From NCBI GenBank assembly GCA_038087875.1, contig JAXLNO010000316.1, positions 1 through 64,000 on the forward strand: 64,000 nt of DNA, given 5' to 3'. Position 1 is the stretch's first letter. Each line of letters opens with the position of its first letter. The stretch comes from Malacoraja senta. Taxonomy: Eukaryota. The notes under the pieces were generated by a model. That model was not told the origin of the DNA and searched no databases. It was given only the letters and a program-made list of their open reading frames with translations. Positions 38,262-51,600 of this stretch are shown here, piece after piece. A program made the translations under genes and the position numbers.

Positions 38262-39860
38262 TCATAAATTCATAAATTCCAGGAGCAGAATGAGCCCATT
38301 CAGCCCATCAGGTCTACTCCACCATTCAATCATGACTGATTTAACTTTTCCTTTCAAAGCTATTCTCCTACCTTTGCCCCATAACTCCTGGCACACTTAC
38401 TAATCAAGAATTTGTCAACCTCCACTTTAAACATATCCATTAACTTGGCCTCCACTGCTGTCTGTGGCAATGAATTCTAGAGATTCACCAGCCTCTGCCA
38501 AAATTAATTCCATCTCATCTCCTTTCTTAATGTTTATCCTTTTATTCTAAGGCTTAGGCCTCTGGTCCTAGACACTCCCCCTAGTGGAAACATCCTCCAC
38601 ATTCACTCTATCCAGGCCTTTCACTATTCCGTAAGTTTCAAAGAGGTCCCCCTTCATCCATCCAAACTCGAGCGAGTACAGGCACAGTGCCTTCAAATGC
38701 TCATTATATATTAACCCAATCATTTCTGGGATCATTGTCAAAAACCTCCTCTGGTCCCTCTCCAATGCCAGCACATCCTTCCTCAGATATGGGGCCCAAA
38801 ATTGCTCAGAATACTCCAAATGCAGTTTGACCAGTGGGTTATAAAGCTTCAGCATTACATCCCAGTTTTTATATTGTATCCCTCTAGAAATAGATGCTAG
38901 TATTGCATTCGCCTTCCTTACTATCGATTCAACTTGCAAATTCAATATTTGGGAATCCTGCAACAGCACTCATCACCCCTTTGCACCTCCGATTTCGGGA
39001 CTGTGATATCGGGAGCTCGCGGGTCTGGGTGGGAGACCGCTTTTGGGAGCTCCCGCATCGCAACTTCTCCAGCCCGTGTTCTGGGGTTGGAACGACCCGG
39101 AGCGGGCCGTACATCGCCCGGCGCGGCTTTAATGGCCACGGGACATTCCAACACCCACCGGGGGCTCCATCTTTGTGACATTTAGACCTGGAGCGGGGCC
39201 GGACATCGCCCGGCGCGGCCTGAATGGCCGTGGGACTTACCATCGCCCGCCTGGGGTTTCACATCGGGAGAAAAATTGTGCACAGGGGAGAGAAAAGACT
39301 TTGTCTTCCATCACAGTGAGGAGGAGATTCACTGTGATGGATGTTTGTTTGAATTGAATTGATTGTGTGTCTTGTAGGAATTGTTTTGTTTGTATGGCTG
39401 TAGAAACATAGTTTTGTTTGAGCCTCACTGAGGTTCAAATGACATTGAATAAATATTGTAATATTGTATTGTAATATTGTAATCTTCGCATCATCTGCAA
39501 AATTGGCCACAAAGCCTTCAATTCGCTCATCCAAATCATTTATATACACCGCGAAGAGTAGGCGCCTCAGCACCGACTCCTGCGGAACACTGCTGTTCAC
39601 TGGAAGCCAACCAGAAAAAGTCTCCTTTATTGCCACTCTCTGCCTTCTGCCATCCAACCAACCTGCTATCCATGTTAGTATCTTTCCTCTGATATCATGG
39701 GCTCTCATCGTTTTTGGCAGCCTCACGTTTGACATGTTATTAAAGGCCTCCTGAATATCCAGATAAACCACATCCACTGACTCTCCTTTGTATATCCTGC
39801 TATGTACTGCCTCAAAGAATTCCAATTGGTTCATCAGGTAAGATCTCCCTTTCGGGAAAA
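38262..39860 (-). mobile_element. CR1 RT fragment interrupted by a GC-rich element
   Basis: ORFs 38568-38969 and 39259-39834: VDVVYLD, VPQESVL, YINDLD, FADD. Confidence 0.9.
38996..39480 (+). mobile_element. 5'-truncated GC-rich non-autonomous retroelement (same family as 45391-46246)
   Basis: Internal tandem units CATCGCCCGGCGCGGC; TCCATCACAGTGAGGAGGAGATTCACTGTGATGGA hairpin; (ATTGT)n tail. Confidence 0.75.
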
Positions 39861-39909
39861 AACAATCATTGCTGACTATTCCTAATTAGACCTTATCTAT
39901 CCAAATGCA

Positions 39910-40290
39910 GATACAATGTGTAGGAAGGAACTGCTGGTTTACACTGAATATAGAAACAAATGCTAGAGTAACTCAGCGGGACAGGCAACATCTCTGGATA
40001 GGAATGGGTGACGTTTCGGGTCGAGACCATTCTTCAGAATGGGACAGGGAGAGGGAGACACAGAGATATAAAAGGGTAACTAGTGAAAACAAGACATCAA
40101 AGGGGATGCAGTTCAAGGAAAATGTAGAATAGGTCATTGTTAGCTCGGGGAAGGTGACAAGATAACATCTAATCAAGGGGACATTCGGACTGGTCGTAGA
40201 ACTGGGATGGGGGAGGGATGGAGAGGGAGGGAAAGCAAATGTTACTTGAATTTAGAGCAGTCGATATTCATACAGCTGTGTTGTAAGCTT
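39910..40290 (-). mobile_element. Penelope-like 3' terminal fragment with hammerhead-like motif
   Basis: Minus strand CTGAAGAATGGTCTCGACCCGAAACGTCACC; homologous to 57290-57658. Confidence 0.75.
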
Positions 40291-41010
40291 GTAAAGAAAG
40301 GCACAACATGAGTCACCCTGCAGTCTCTCAGCACCTCACCTGTGTCTAATGATGATTCATATATATCAGCCAGGGTTCCTGCAATTTGTGCTTAGGCTTC
40401 CCACAGTGTCCATGGTTATATCGGATGAGGCCCAGAAGATGTAACATATGGATTGTCCACAAGATATCTCCATTAACTGTCCCAAGTTGCCCAACACAGA
40501 GATGGTTGTTTTGGTTTGTGACAAACCTCTATTTTCTTTCAAGTCACCTTCTACCCCTTAATGTACATAAAATCTATTTGGATATTTCATACTATTATCT
40601 GCCAGAGCTAACTCATGCCCCCATTTTGATCTCCTGAGATTCCTTCTTAAGTATGCTCTTTATTTCCTGAACAGATCCTCAATTTCTCCCATCATCCAGG
40701 CATCCTTACCCCCACTTGCGCTTCACTCAAGCAGGAATATGCATGCCGTGAACTCATCACACTTTTCTGTACGTCCATTTGCCCACAAACAACCTATTTC
40801 AGTCAACTTCAGCAAATTACTGTTTGATACAATCAAATTTGATCTTTTCCCAATTCAAAATGTTAAACTTGTGGGCCCACCATGTTTTATCTGCAACTAT
40901 CTCAAAGCGAATAAAACAGTGCTCAATGGTCTCGCTCACAGACACTTCAGTCACTTGCCTTTCACAATTTCCTCATAGTAGGTCAAGCTTTGTCCTCTCT
41001 TTTGTAGGAC
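40290..41010 (-). mobile_element. Old degenerate CR1 ORF2 fragment
   Basis: Antisense PTKE...LDL, LSVSETI and APGPH-like remnants. Confidence 0.55.
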
Positions 41011-41073
41011 CCACTATATATAAGAGCCGTCTACTGCTTGCCACTGCGGCAACACCCATTCCCTCCCCGTTAG

Positions 41074-42071
41074 TTCCTCCTTTGTTCTCGACGGCCCCAT
41101 GCCTGGTCTGCCTACTGTTCTAGGCGGACCTCCGCCGGGTCCCCTCATTCCCTCATTCTCAGTCCTTCCTCGCTCCGGCACGGGACAGATTCGGAGTCTG
41201 CGGTGGGCGAGCTGCATCTCTCGAGATGGTCCTCCATAGTCAGTCCTCATCCGTGTAACGTGTTGATAAGAGTGAGTGGCTTTCTTGACTTTCTTTAATG
41301 GCCGATGGTGGGTTCAAAGAGGAATATTCCACGTTTTACCTTCAATTGCTCTTTTTACCTGACATTTAAACCTATAATTTAAATGGACCTCGGGTGAGTG
41401 ATAAATGTGAATACAGTGGTACCAGCACTACCATTCCCTTTGCACCACCGATTTCTGAATTCTTTCCCCATTTAGGAAATAGTCTATGCCTTTATTCCTA
41501 CTCCCAAAATGCATGATTCCACACTTTGCTATGCTGTATTCCACCTTCCATTTCTCCGCTGCCTGCCGGGAAGAGTCTGAGGACAATTGTAGACCAGGAA
41601 GGCACCTACACATACTATTAAAAGGTTGGAAGATGAGTATCTGATAGATGTACAAATGTAGTTTCTACTTTAATTACACGTGCACCTTCTGAATATCTTG
41701 TCTGGCTGTCGTTCACAGGACGCCAACTGTGCTGCAGTTTCTCAACCTGTGTGTTTTAATGATCACATGTACCACCCCCACCTCCTGAGTGATGAAGTGG
41801 AGAGTGAGGAGATCCAAGACAGAATAAAGGAGCATGAATTCCTGTACAAACTGGAGATAGATCAGTGCAGGAGTGCAGGAAAGAAGTGCAGGAAAAATGT
41901 TACCGTGATCAAAATACAACAAACAACGCATCGGCAGAAAGTGAAGATACACAAAAATTGCATTGGAACACTTATATTACGCTGCTACTGGTCACAATTC
42001 AGTTCTTGGGACTCTGGAGAGACGACACTTTGCCACGTGTCCATCGGGACGAAGAAATAGTGAGGAACTAA
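41074..42071 (+). pseudogene. Candidate two-exon decayed gene with connexin-like motifs
   Basis: Open exon 41074-41271 (acceptor CCCCGTTAG, donor AGA|GTGAGT, phase 0) joins in frame to acceptor TTCACAG|41719. The spliced peptide reads PCNVLIR-DANCAAVSQPVCFNDH, followed by KVKI, LHWNTYITLLLV and TLCHVSIGTKK across frameshifts. Confidence 0.35.
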
Positions 42072-42224
42072 GGAGAATGAAGAGGAAAATGCATGTCGTC
42101 AAATAATGACGGGCGCAGAATTATTTAAGATATCTAATATTTACATTATTAGGATTCTTTTTTTAAATTGTATTTCAAAATTAACATAAAGTATATGATT
42201 AATAGATGTTTTCCACAAATAAAC

Positions 42225-44200
42225 TTTATTTATAATAAAAGTATATACAAAATAAAAACTGCAAGAACTCTCCATACATTCTCATTGTCTCACATCTATT
42301 TTTAAACAAAACACCCTTGCCACTCATGTTGACACCAAGGGTGATACACATTCCCTTGTTTGAGGGGCATCCTCACTGGACTGGCCTTCATGTCCAGAAG
42401 TAGAAGGACCCTAGTCGGTGGTCCTCCCTCACAGACCCGTGGTGTTGCCTGCACCAAGCTTCAGTGCAACCTTCATTCAGCACATACCCGTATAGTCTGG
42501 AGTGGGCCATCGGCAACATTCCCTGATGGACGTCACGCTATGCTGGGAGACCAACAGGTTTTGGGAGGAAGAATAAGTATCTTTGGTCATGTTGATGTTT
42601 CTTCCAGAAGCATTTGATGTCTGTCTGGGAACAGCAACGTGTCCCTGGGAACAACCCGTAAATCAGATAGTCCTCTGTTACGGAGCTGTTTGGGATGAAC
42701 CATGACAATAAATTGTCTCCAGTGCCTTTTTGTAAATCCACTTTCTGCAGAGAGGTGGGCAACTGTTACATTTATAATCGGTGTCAGAGGTTATGGGGAG
42801 AAGGCAGGAGAATGGGGTTAGGAGAAAGTGATAGAGCCGCCATGATTGAAAGGCGGAAAAGACATGATGGGCTGAATGACCTAATTCTGCTTCTATCACA
42901 TGACCTTATCACCGTCTCCTCTCTGTAGCAGCCATCCCAGCAGCAACATGCATCTTTTGACAGACTCTGATGGTACAGGAAGGATCTGACTGGGAAGGTC
43001 CCTCTCACCATCAGCAAGGGAAGGTTCTGGTGTTTATTGGTGAGTTCTGGTGATTAGTCATTTTGCCAGACAAGTTGGGCAGTCTGTACAGTCAACTATG
43101 CCACATGATCCACCAAGTCCTTGTCTTGCAGTGCCTACAGGATGTTCCGTGCTGACCACTGCCAAATGGACTTGTCAGATGTGTTAATCTGTAGGACCTG
43201 GTCCACAAAGACAAGTGGTACGGCAATGGACAGCTGACCGACATGTTGCACGGCATCAGTGCCAGGCCAACCTTCCCAACACGGGACAGGTAGAGCTTCA
43301 ACAGGTAATGACCCTAGGGGCTCACACGCTTTGGCTCTATGCAAAGCCTGATGCAGCCACACATGAAGGTAGGTAGGCCTCAGGATGAGGGCGATGTTGA
43401 ATACACTTTTGCCACCTTTGTCTGTGGACCTGCACCGTGACCCGTTTGACCCGCTCCATCTTTGATCCCTAGATGAACCGAGAGACACCCCTGATATTCA
43501 AATATCCTCCTCCTCCCCATTCTGCTTGGATATGGGGATGATGATGCCCTTCCTCAAGGAGTCTGAGATACTGAAGCATAGCATTGTACACTTCCAGCAG
43601 GCCTGGCCCAACGAGTCACACAGAGCCAAGTACAACTCAGACGGCAAACCATCGCTTCCGTGAATTTTATACAAATCAAAGGAATGTGTGGAGCCAGTCA
43701 GATCCACCAGGATCATTAGTTGGTCCAGAATCTTCAGCTTACTGTCCTCCAAGATCTCCATATTCAGGGCGTTCTGGGAATCTGTGCTGTCTATGTCTTT
43801 CTGACTTACAGACCATTATAGAAGGATCTACAGATCCTCAATGTGTTTGTATGTGACAATGTTACCGAGCTGTCACTTTTTTAAGGCTGTGGATCACAGA
43901 ACTCCTCTTGTGAGCCTTTGTCAAGGAGAAGCATGAGCGCGACTCATCTTGCTCCATGGAGCAGACTCTGGATGAGAACATGATCTTGGGAACTCTGCTG
44001 GCACTTCACCTCTGGGAGTTCCGCCCTCACATTCGTCCCTCTCAAATGCAAAAGTATGAGATACTGCAAGTCTGTCAGGAATTGGTACAATTCCCGTTGA
44101 CCTTCTCTTGCTTTCTGAACATCTTTGAGGATGAAGAACCTCGAATGCTCTCCAAGGTAGCTTCCCACCAGTGTATTGGGGAGTCGAATGACTTCACTAT
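42225..44200 (-). mobile_element. Tx1/L1-clade LINE remnant
   Basis: GSDGLPSELY, SLRKGII.PI.K..GE.EDI, DKGGKSVFN.ALIL, WWE motifs; A/T-rich tail with AATAAA; similar tail at 12550-12750. Confidence 0.75.
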
Positions 44201-45102
44201 TCTCCAATCTGCGTCGTCCCTCTTTTGTTCATCAATGTTCTCTGAGGCCTGATGTTTAAAGTTTATTTTCTAGATGTATTATGTTTACCCCTTTCATCCT
44301 TGTCCCTCACTTGGCCAAACATTTCCGATGTTATTTTTCTCTACATAAGTCCATTCTTGGGAGATGGTGTGAAGTTCACTTTATTTGATGGTGCTACTGC
44401 ATCAGACAGCAATTTCATCTCCCCTCATTGGATATTTGTTACCTTTTTGGAAATCCTGATGTTTCAGATATATTGAAGGGACAGTATATTGAAGATTTCC
44501 ATAAGTTTTGAAAATTATAAATCTTGCATATAAATTAGTTTCCTGTTGGAAGCATGATTGAGTGGTTTTGTGAGATCGCACCGTTATTCCTGATGGGATG
44601 AGTAATGAATGGCCTTGCCATTCCCGAAGGGGTAAATTGTGTATTGTGTCAGTTCAATTGTAAAGGCCCGTTGTAGCCGTCGCCTCCATCCGGATCATCA
44701 GCGAACTGTCATTCTCTCCTCTTCGTGCCTTCATGCCCAGAGGGGGAGGGGTGGGTGTTGGAGGGGTGAGGGTTGGAGGGTTGGGGGGGGGGCAACGGCT
44801 CCTACAGCCGGCCTTGAGGGCAAGGAGATAAGACCCCAGGTTCTTTTCCCGGCCCTTTGTTCCAGCGCCCACTGCCTTCGCCGGCTCTCTCCACCCTCCA
44901 GTTACTGGTCCTCTAGTACAAGAAGGAGATGACGAGCTTGGGACCCACTCCAGGTGGGCTCCCCCGGTTCCACAGATGGCAAGCCAGGACGAAAACGTGG
45001 AAACAGGCCCTTCATCCCTGCTTTCCCACACCGGCAAACATGTCCCATCTACACTACTCCCACTTGCCTGCATATGGCCCATGTAACCTATTCTATCCAT
45101 GT

Positions 45103-47130
45103 ACCTTTGATAAGGTCCCACACGGGAGAATGGTGACTAAAATTAGAGCACATGGCATTGGGGGTCGTGTGTTGACATGGATAGAAAATTGGTTGGCAGA
45201 CCGGAAGCAAAGAGTAGCAGTGAACGGGTCCTTTTCAGAATGGCAGGCAGTGGCGAGTGGAATGCCGCAAGGCTCGGTGTTGGGGCCGCAACTGTTTACC
45301 ATATATATTAATGATTTGGAAGACGGAATTAGGAGCAACACTAGCATGTTTGCGGATGACACAAAGCTGGGTGGCAGTGTGAACTGTGAATACAATACAA
45401 TACAATACCGTTTATTATCATTTGGACCTCAAATGAAGTTCAAACGAAATTTGGTTTCTGCAGTCATACAACAAGAAAAGAACCAAGACACAACACAATT
45501 TACACAAACATCCATCACAGTGAATCTCCTCTTCGCTGTGATGGAAGGCAAAGTCTTGTCTCTCCCCTGCACTCCCCATTCTCCTCCCGATGTCAAAGTC
45601 AAAGCCCCCGCCGGGCGATGGTAAGTAAGTCCCGCAGCCATTCAGGCCGCGCGGGGCGATGCAAGGCCGCGCTCCGGGTCTTGATGCTGGAGCCCCCGGC
45701 GGGCGCTAGCTAGTCCCGCGGCCATTAAAGCCACGCCGGGCGATGTAAGACCCCGCTCCAGGTCATTTTCAACCCCGCAACTCGGGCGGGAGAAGTTGCC
45801 GTTGCGGGAGCCCCGAAAAGCGGTCTCCCACCAGGGACCCGCGAGCTCCCGATGTCACCATCCACCAGACCTGCAGCTGGAGCCTCTGAATCTCCGGGGT
45901 TGGGCCGCAGCCGCGCGCCACCACTGCTCTCCACGCTCCGAACTTGGCCAGCTCCACGATGGTGAGTAGTCCGCAGGCTCCGCAACTGGAGCCCCAGGTC
46001 GTTCCGGTGGGAGGCCTCTCCACGGGGCTAGGCCCCAACGACAACGGAGACCCGACAGAGAAAGGTCGGGTCCTCCATACAGGGAAAATATTTTAAAAGT
46101 TTCCCCACCCACCCCCCACACATACCCAGTTAATAAAAAAAACACTATACACTACACACTACACTCAAACGAGACAAAAAAATAAAAAAAGACAGACGGA
46201 CTGCAGAGGCCGCTGCGACGTGGGTCGCGCCACCTACCGGATCTTTAGAGGATGTTAGGAGGTTGCAAGGTGACCTGGACAGGTTGAGTGAGTGGGCAGA
46301 TGCGTGTCAGATGCAGTATAATATAGATAAATGTGAGGTTATCCACTTTGGCGGCAAAAACAAGGGGGCAGATTATTATCTCAATGGGGTTAGGTTAGGT
46401 AAGGAGGAGGTCAGCGAGACCTGGGCGTCCTTCTACACCTGTCACTGAAACTTGGCTTACAGGTACAGCAGGCAGTGAAGAAAGCTAATGGAATGTTGGC
46501 CTTCATAACAAGTGGAATTTCAGTATAGGAGTAAAGAGGTTCTTCTGCAGTTGTATAGGGCTCTGGTGAAACCACATCTGGAGTATTGTGTACAGTTTTG
46601 GTCTCCTAATTTGAGGGAGGACATCCTTGTGATTGAGGCAGTGCAGCGTAGGTTCATGAGATTGACCCCTGGGATGGTGGGACTGTCATATGAGGAAAGA
46701 TTGAAAAGACTACGCTTGTGTTCACTGGAGTTTAGAAGGATGAGGGGGTACCTTATAGAAACATATACAATTATAAAAGGACTGGACACGCTAGATGCAG
46801 GGAAAATGTTCCCAAGGTTGGGCGAGTCCAGAACTAGGGGCCACAGTCTTAGAATAAAGGGGAGGTCATTTAAGACTGAGGTGAGAAAAAACGTTTTCAC
46901 CCAGAGAGTTGTGAATTTATGGAATTCCCTGCCACAGAGGGCAGTGGAGGCCAAGTCACTGGACGGATTTAAGACGGATAGAGCTCTCGGGGCTAGTGGA
47001 CTCAAGGGATATGGGGAGAAGGCAGGCACGGGTTATTGATAGGGGACGATCAGCCATGATCACAATGAATAGCGGTGCTGGCTTGAAGGGCCGAATGGCC
47101 TCCTCCCGCACCTATTTTCTATGTTTCTAT
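45103..47130 (+). mobile_element. CR1 RT C-terminal half with 3' end, split by a minus-strand insertion
   Basis: FDKVPH, GMPQGSVLGP.LF.IYINDL, FADDTKL; ORF 46512-47039. Confidence 0.95.
45391..46246 (-). mobile_element. Apparently full-length GC-rich non-autonomous retroelement
   Basis: Inserted in the CR1 at GTGAACTGTGAA|GAGGATG; (ATTGT)n tail; tandem GC-rich units; 5' head CCGGTAGGTGGCGC. Confidence 0.8.
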
Positions 47131-48409
47131 GTACCTGTCTAAATGTTTCTTAAAAGTTGCAATAGTACCTGACTCAGCTACCTCCTCTAGCACCTTATTC
47201 TATACCCCCACCACACTTAGCATGAAAAAATTAGCCTTCCTAAACTCATCAGCTCTGCAATACTCCCCAGAGCCCTACCGTTCAACATGTAGGTTTTGCC
47301 CATTAGTGCTCCCAAAGTGCAGCATCTCACATTTCTCTGTATTAAATTCCATCAACCATTCCTCAGCCCACCAACCGAACAAGAAGCTGCTGCAATTTTT
47401 GACACCAAAATTAAATTATACAAACAGCTGATTCTCTAATTATTACGAAGATAGACACAAAAACCTGGAATAAAACAGCGGGACAGGCAGCATTTCTGGA
47501 GAGAAGGAATGGGTGATGTTTCGGGTCAAGTCCCAGACTCACTAATTTTTACAATATGCCAAATTATTGATTTTGTGCTGGATTATCATATTCATACTTT
47601 GAAAACCAGGTTTATGAAATGCTAAAATGCACAGCAAACATCTGAAGTAGAACTTAAAAAGACTTCACTGAGAAACTGAAACAGAGAATGCTGTGAGCTG
47701 CTAATGTTTGCAGAGCATGACAGTTTCCTTAATAGATTTTCATATTCTGTTTTTCAGTCCATGGGAGAGTGTATTCTGTACGAAGCATTTTATTTATGTA
47801 AGGACATCATGAAGTCCCCCAATCAGCATGGATCCACCTCTGACAGCTCACTGATCAGAACAGATACTATAATTGTTCTTTGCTAAAAGGCCGAGAGGAT
47901 ATGTACAATCTGAAGAGTAACCAGCACCCTGCGAGCTTTCTGACATCTTCCTTCAGTACATAGAACATAGAAAAGACAGTGCAGGAAGGAAATGCAGATG
48001 CTGGTTTAACCCAAAGATAGACACAAAAAGCTGAATCTATAAAAATACATAGAAAAGAACAGGACTGGGACAGTGTGAAGTTCACACTAAAGTATCCAAC
48101 GATCCTCACCTTACTGCGGAGTGGGACCTCTCCCTCAGCAACGTCGGTGTGGACTTGGTGGGCTGAAGGGCCAGTTATATCTGTAAACTAATCTAAACGA
48201 AACACTGCAGCAAATGGTGCAACACTGCCACCCAAAATACAGCGGCTCAAGAGGATGTTTTAACTCCAACTTTTCTCAGACAATTACGGACGGGCAATAA
48301 ATGCTGCCCTAACCAGTAGCAATCGGATTCCCAATAAAACACATTAAAATGCACCTACTTCTCTCTGAGTTCTCTCCGTATCTCTGTATCTCAAAACCAG
48401 AGATGTAAC

Positions 48410-48641
48410 TGTATCTCTAGAAACAGCATGGAAATAGGCCCTTATGTCCAATGAGTCCGTGACAACCAGCGACGACTATCTCTATCCTACATAGTCGGGA
48501 CAATTTACAGAAGCTAATTAACTGACAAACCTGTACGTGTTTGGAATGTTTGAGAATACCGGAACACCCGGATAAAAAAACATGTGGTCACAGGAAGAAC
48601 GTGCAAACTCCGTACGAACAGCACTCGTAGTCAGAATAGAA
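48410..48641 (-). mobile_element. HE1-like V-SINE (head continues at 53947-53995)
   Basis: V-core and tail; split at the B-box region by the 48642-53946 LINE. Confidence 0.75.
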
Positions 48642-51600
48642 TTTTACAGTATTTCGTGAAAATAGTACAATTACATTAGCATTTAATTGTGGACTGTTTG
48701 GTATTACTATTTTGTAAATTTTCGTCATTGTATGTATTTTTAACACTACATTGAGACTTGGATATTCAACCACTGAAACCCAACAAATGGCAACATGGCA
48801 CATGTACAGTTTGAGCTACTAAAACATCATGGATTGCAATCACATTACTGATTCTGAATAGAATCACTAACAACCCACTACTGGAAATATTGGACCAGGC
48901 TTTTCCTGTGGACTGGACTATACCTTTACTTCTAGAAAACACCTTCGAAGACTGGGTGAGTTTGTTCTAATTTGTTATTCAGTCATCTTGTAGATCTACA
49001 GCAATGGAAGGGAGGATCCTGACTAAAATTAATTTAAGACCAATGACTTATACTTTCTTAATTATTATGCTTGCTGGAGAAGTAGCATTGAATCCCGGCC
49101 CTTACCAACCCAAATACCCGTGCATGGTATGCAACAAGGCAGCAAAGTATGGTCAACAGGCAATTGAATGTGAGGGATGTGACTCATGGTTTCACAGAAA
49201 CTGTATTGGCATGAATGAACACATTTATAATGTGCATGTCGAGCATCCGTCGTACTCATGGGTGTGCTGCAACTGTGGACTCCCCAATTTTGATTCTTCA
49301 TTTTTTAGCCAGGCAAGCATTAATTTGGCAAACAGCTTAGAATATCTCAACATATCTGCAGACTCTGACGTCGTACCTCATCTTGACTCAGCTTCACCTA
49401 TCCCTAGGACGTCTAGTCCGATAGTAGATCGTGATCAGCACAAGTCTGAAAAAAGCAAAAATGGTGGTAATAAAAACTCCAGAACCAAGTCATAGCCTAA
49501 GAGGATGAAGTTTGGTCACAGTAAACAAGAAACTTAAACAATTCTTAATCTCAATTGCCAGAGCATTAGAGCAAAGAAAGCAGAATTCAAGGCTCTTATA
49601 GACCAGGAAAACCCAGACATAATAATCGGTACAGAATCTTGCAGGAGGAGGCCATTCGGCCCTTCGAGCCAGCACCGCCATTCATTGTGATCATGGCTGA
49701 TCGTCCCTATCAATAACCCGTGCCTGCCTTCTCCCCATATCCCATGACTTCACTAGTCCCTAGAGATCTATCTAACTCTCTCTTAAATCCATCCAGTGAT
49801 TTGGCCTCCACTGCCCTCTGTGGCAGGGAATGCCATAAATTCACAACTGTGGGTGAAAAAGTTTTTTCTCACCTCAGTCTTAAATGACCTCCCCTTTATA
49901 CTAAGACTGTGGCCCCTGGTTCTGGACTCGCCCAACATTGGGAACATTTTTCCTGCATCTAGCTTGTCCAGTCCTTTTATAATTTTATATGTTTCTATAA
50001 GATAACCCCTCATCCTTCTAAACTCCAGTGAATACAAGCCTAGTCTTTTCAATCTTTCCTCATATCACAGTCCCGCCATCCCAGGGATCAATCTCGTGAA
50101 CCTACGCTGCACTGCCTCAATCACAAGGATGTCCTTCCTCAAATTAGGAGACCAAAGCTGTACACAATACTCCAGATGTGGTCTCACCAGAGCCCTATAC
50201 TACTGCAGAAGAACCTCTTTACTCCTATACAGAAATCCTCTTGTTATGAAGGCCAACATTCCATTAGCTTTCTTCACTGCCTGCTGTACCTGCACGCCAA
50301 ATTTCAGTAACCGGTGTACAAGGACACCCAGGTCTCGCAGTACCCCCCCCCCCCTTACCTAACCTAACCCCATTGAGATAATAATATGCCCCTTGTTTTT
50401 GCCGCCAAAGTGGATAACCTCACATTTATCTATATTATACTGCATCTGACACGCATCTGCCCAGTCACTCAACCTGTCCAGGTCACCCTGCAACCTCCTA
50501 ACATCCTCTTCACAGTTCACACTGCCACCCAGCTTTGTGTCATCCGCAAACTTGCTAGTGTTGCTCCTAATTCCCTCTTCCAAATCATTAATATATATGG
50601 TAAACAGTTGCGGCCCCAACACCGAGCCTTGCACCGAGCACTCCACTCGCCACTGCCTGCCATTCTGAAAAGGACCCGTTCACTCCTACTCTTTGCTTCC
50701 GGTCTGCCAACCAATTTTCTATCCATGTCAACACCCTACCCCCAATACCATGTGCTCTAATTGTAGTCACCAGTCTCCCTTGCAGGATCTTATCAAAGGC
50801 TTTCTGAAAGTCGATACACTACATCCACTGGCACCCCTTCATCCATTTTACTTGTCACATCCTCAAAAAATTCCAGAAGATTAGTCAAGCATGATTTCCC
50901 TTTCATAAATCCGTTGACTTGGACTAATCCTTTTACTGCTATCCAAATGCCCCATTACTACCTCTTTAATAATTGACTCCAGCATCTTTCCCACCACCGA
51001 AGTCAGGCTAACTGGTCTGTAATTCCCCGTTTTCTCTCTCGCTCCTTTCTTGAAAAGTGGGATAACATTAGCTATCCTCCAATCCACAGGAACTGATCCT
51101 GAATCTATTGAACATTGGAAAATGATCACCAATGCGTCCACTATTTCTTGAGCCACCTCCCTGATGATCCTGGGATGCAGACCATCAGGCCCAGGGGATT
51201 TATCATCCTTCAGTCCCATTAGCCTACCCAATACTATTTCTCGCCTAATGGAAATTTATTTCAGTTCCTCTACCCCCTTAGATCCTCTGTCCTCCAGTAC
51301 ATCTGGGAGATTGTTTGTGTCTTCCTTAGTGAAGACAGATCCGAAGTACCTATTCAACTCTTCTGCAATTTCCTTATTGCCCATAATAATTTCACCCGTG
51401 TCTGCCGTCAAGGGACCCACATTTGACTTTGCTACTGTTTTTCCCTTAACATATCTAAAGAAGCTTTTACTGTCCTTCTTTATATTCCTGGCCAGCTTCC
51501 CCTCGTACTTCATTTTTTCAGGCCGTATTGCCCGTTTTGTTTCCTTCTGTTGTCCTATGAAAGTTTCCCAATCCTCTGGCTTCCAGCTACTCTTTGCTGT

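Noticed and set aside
39100..39260. CRISPR-like short repeats with spacers
   Set aside because: Eukaryotic context; these are degenerate tandem units within a retroelement, the spacers are not unique and there are no cas genes.
41015..41024. TATATATAAG as the promoter of the candidate exon
   Set aside because: It lies at the edge of a CR1 remnant, and the downstream ATG frames stop early; insufficient support.
49004..49495. Host PHD-finger gene
   Set aside because: In frame with a LINE APE domain and inside the element boundaries.
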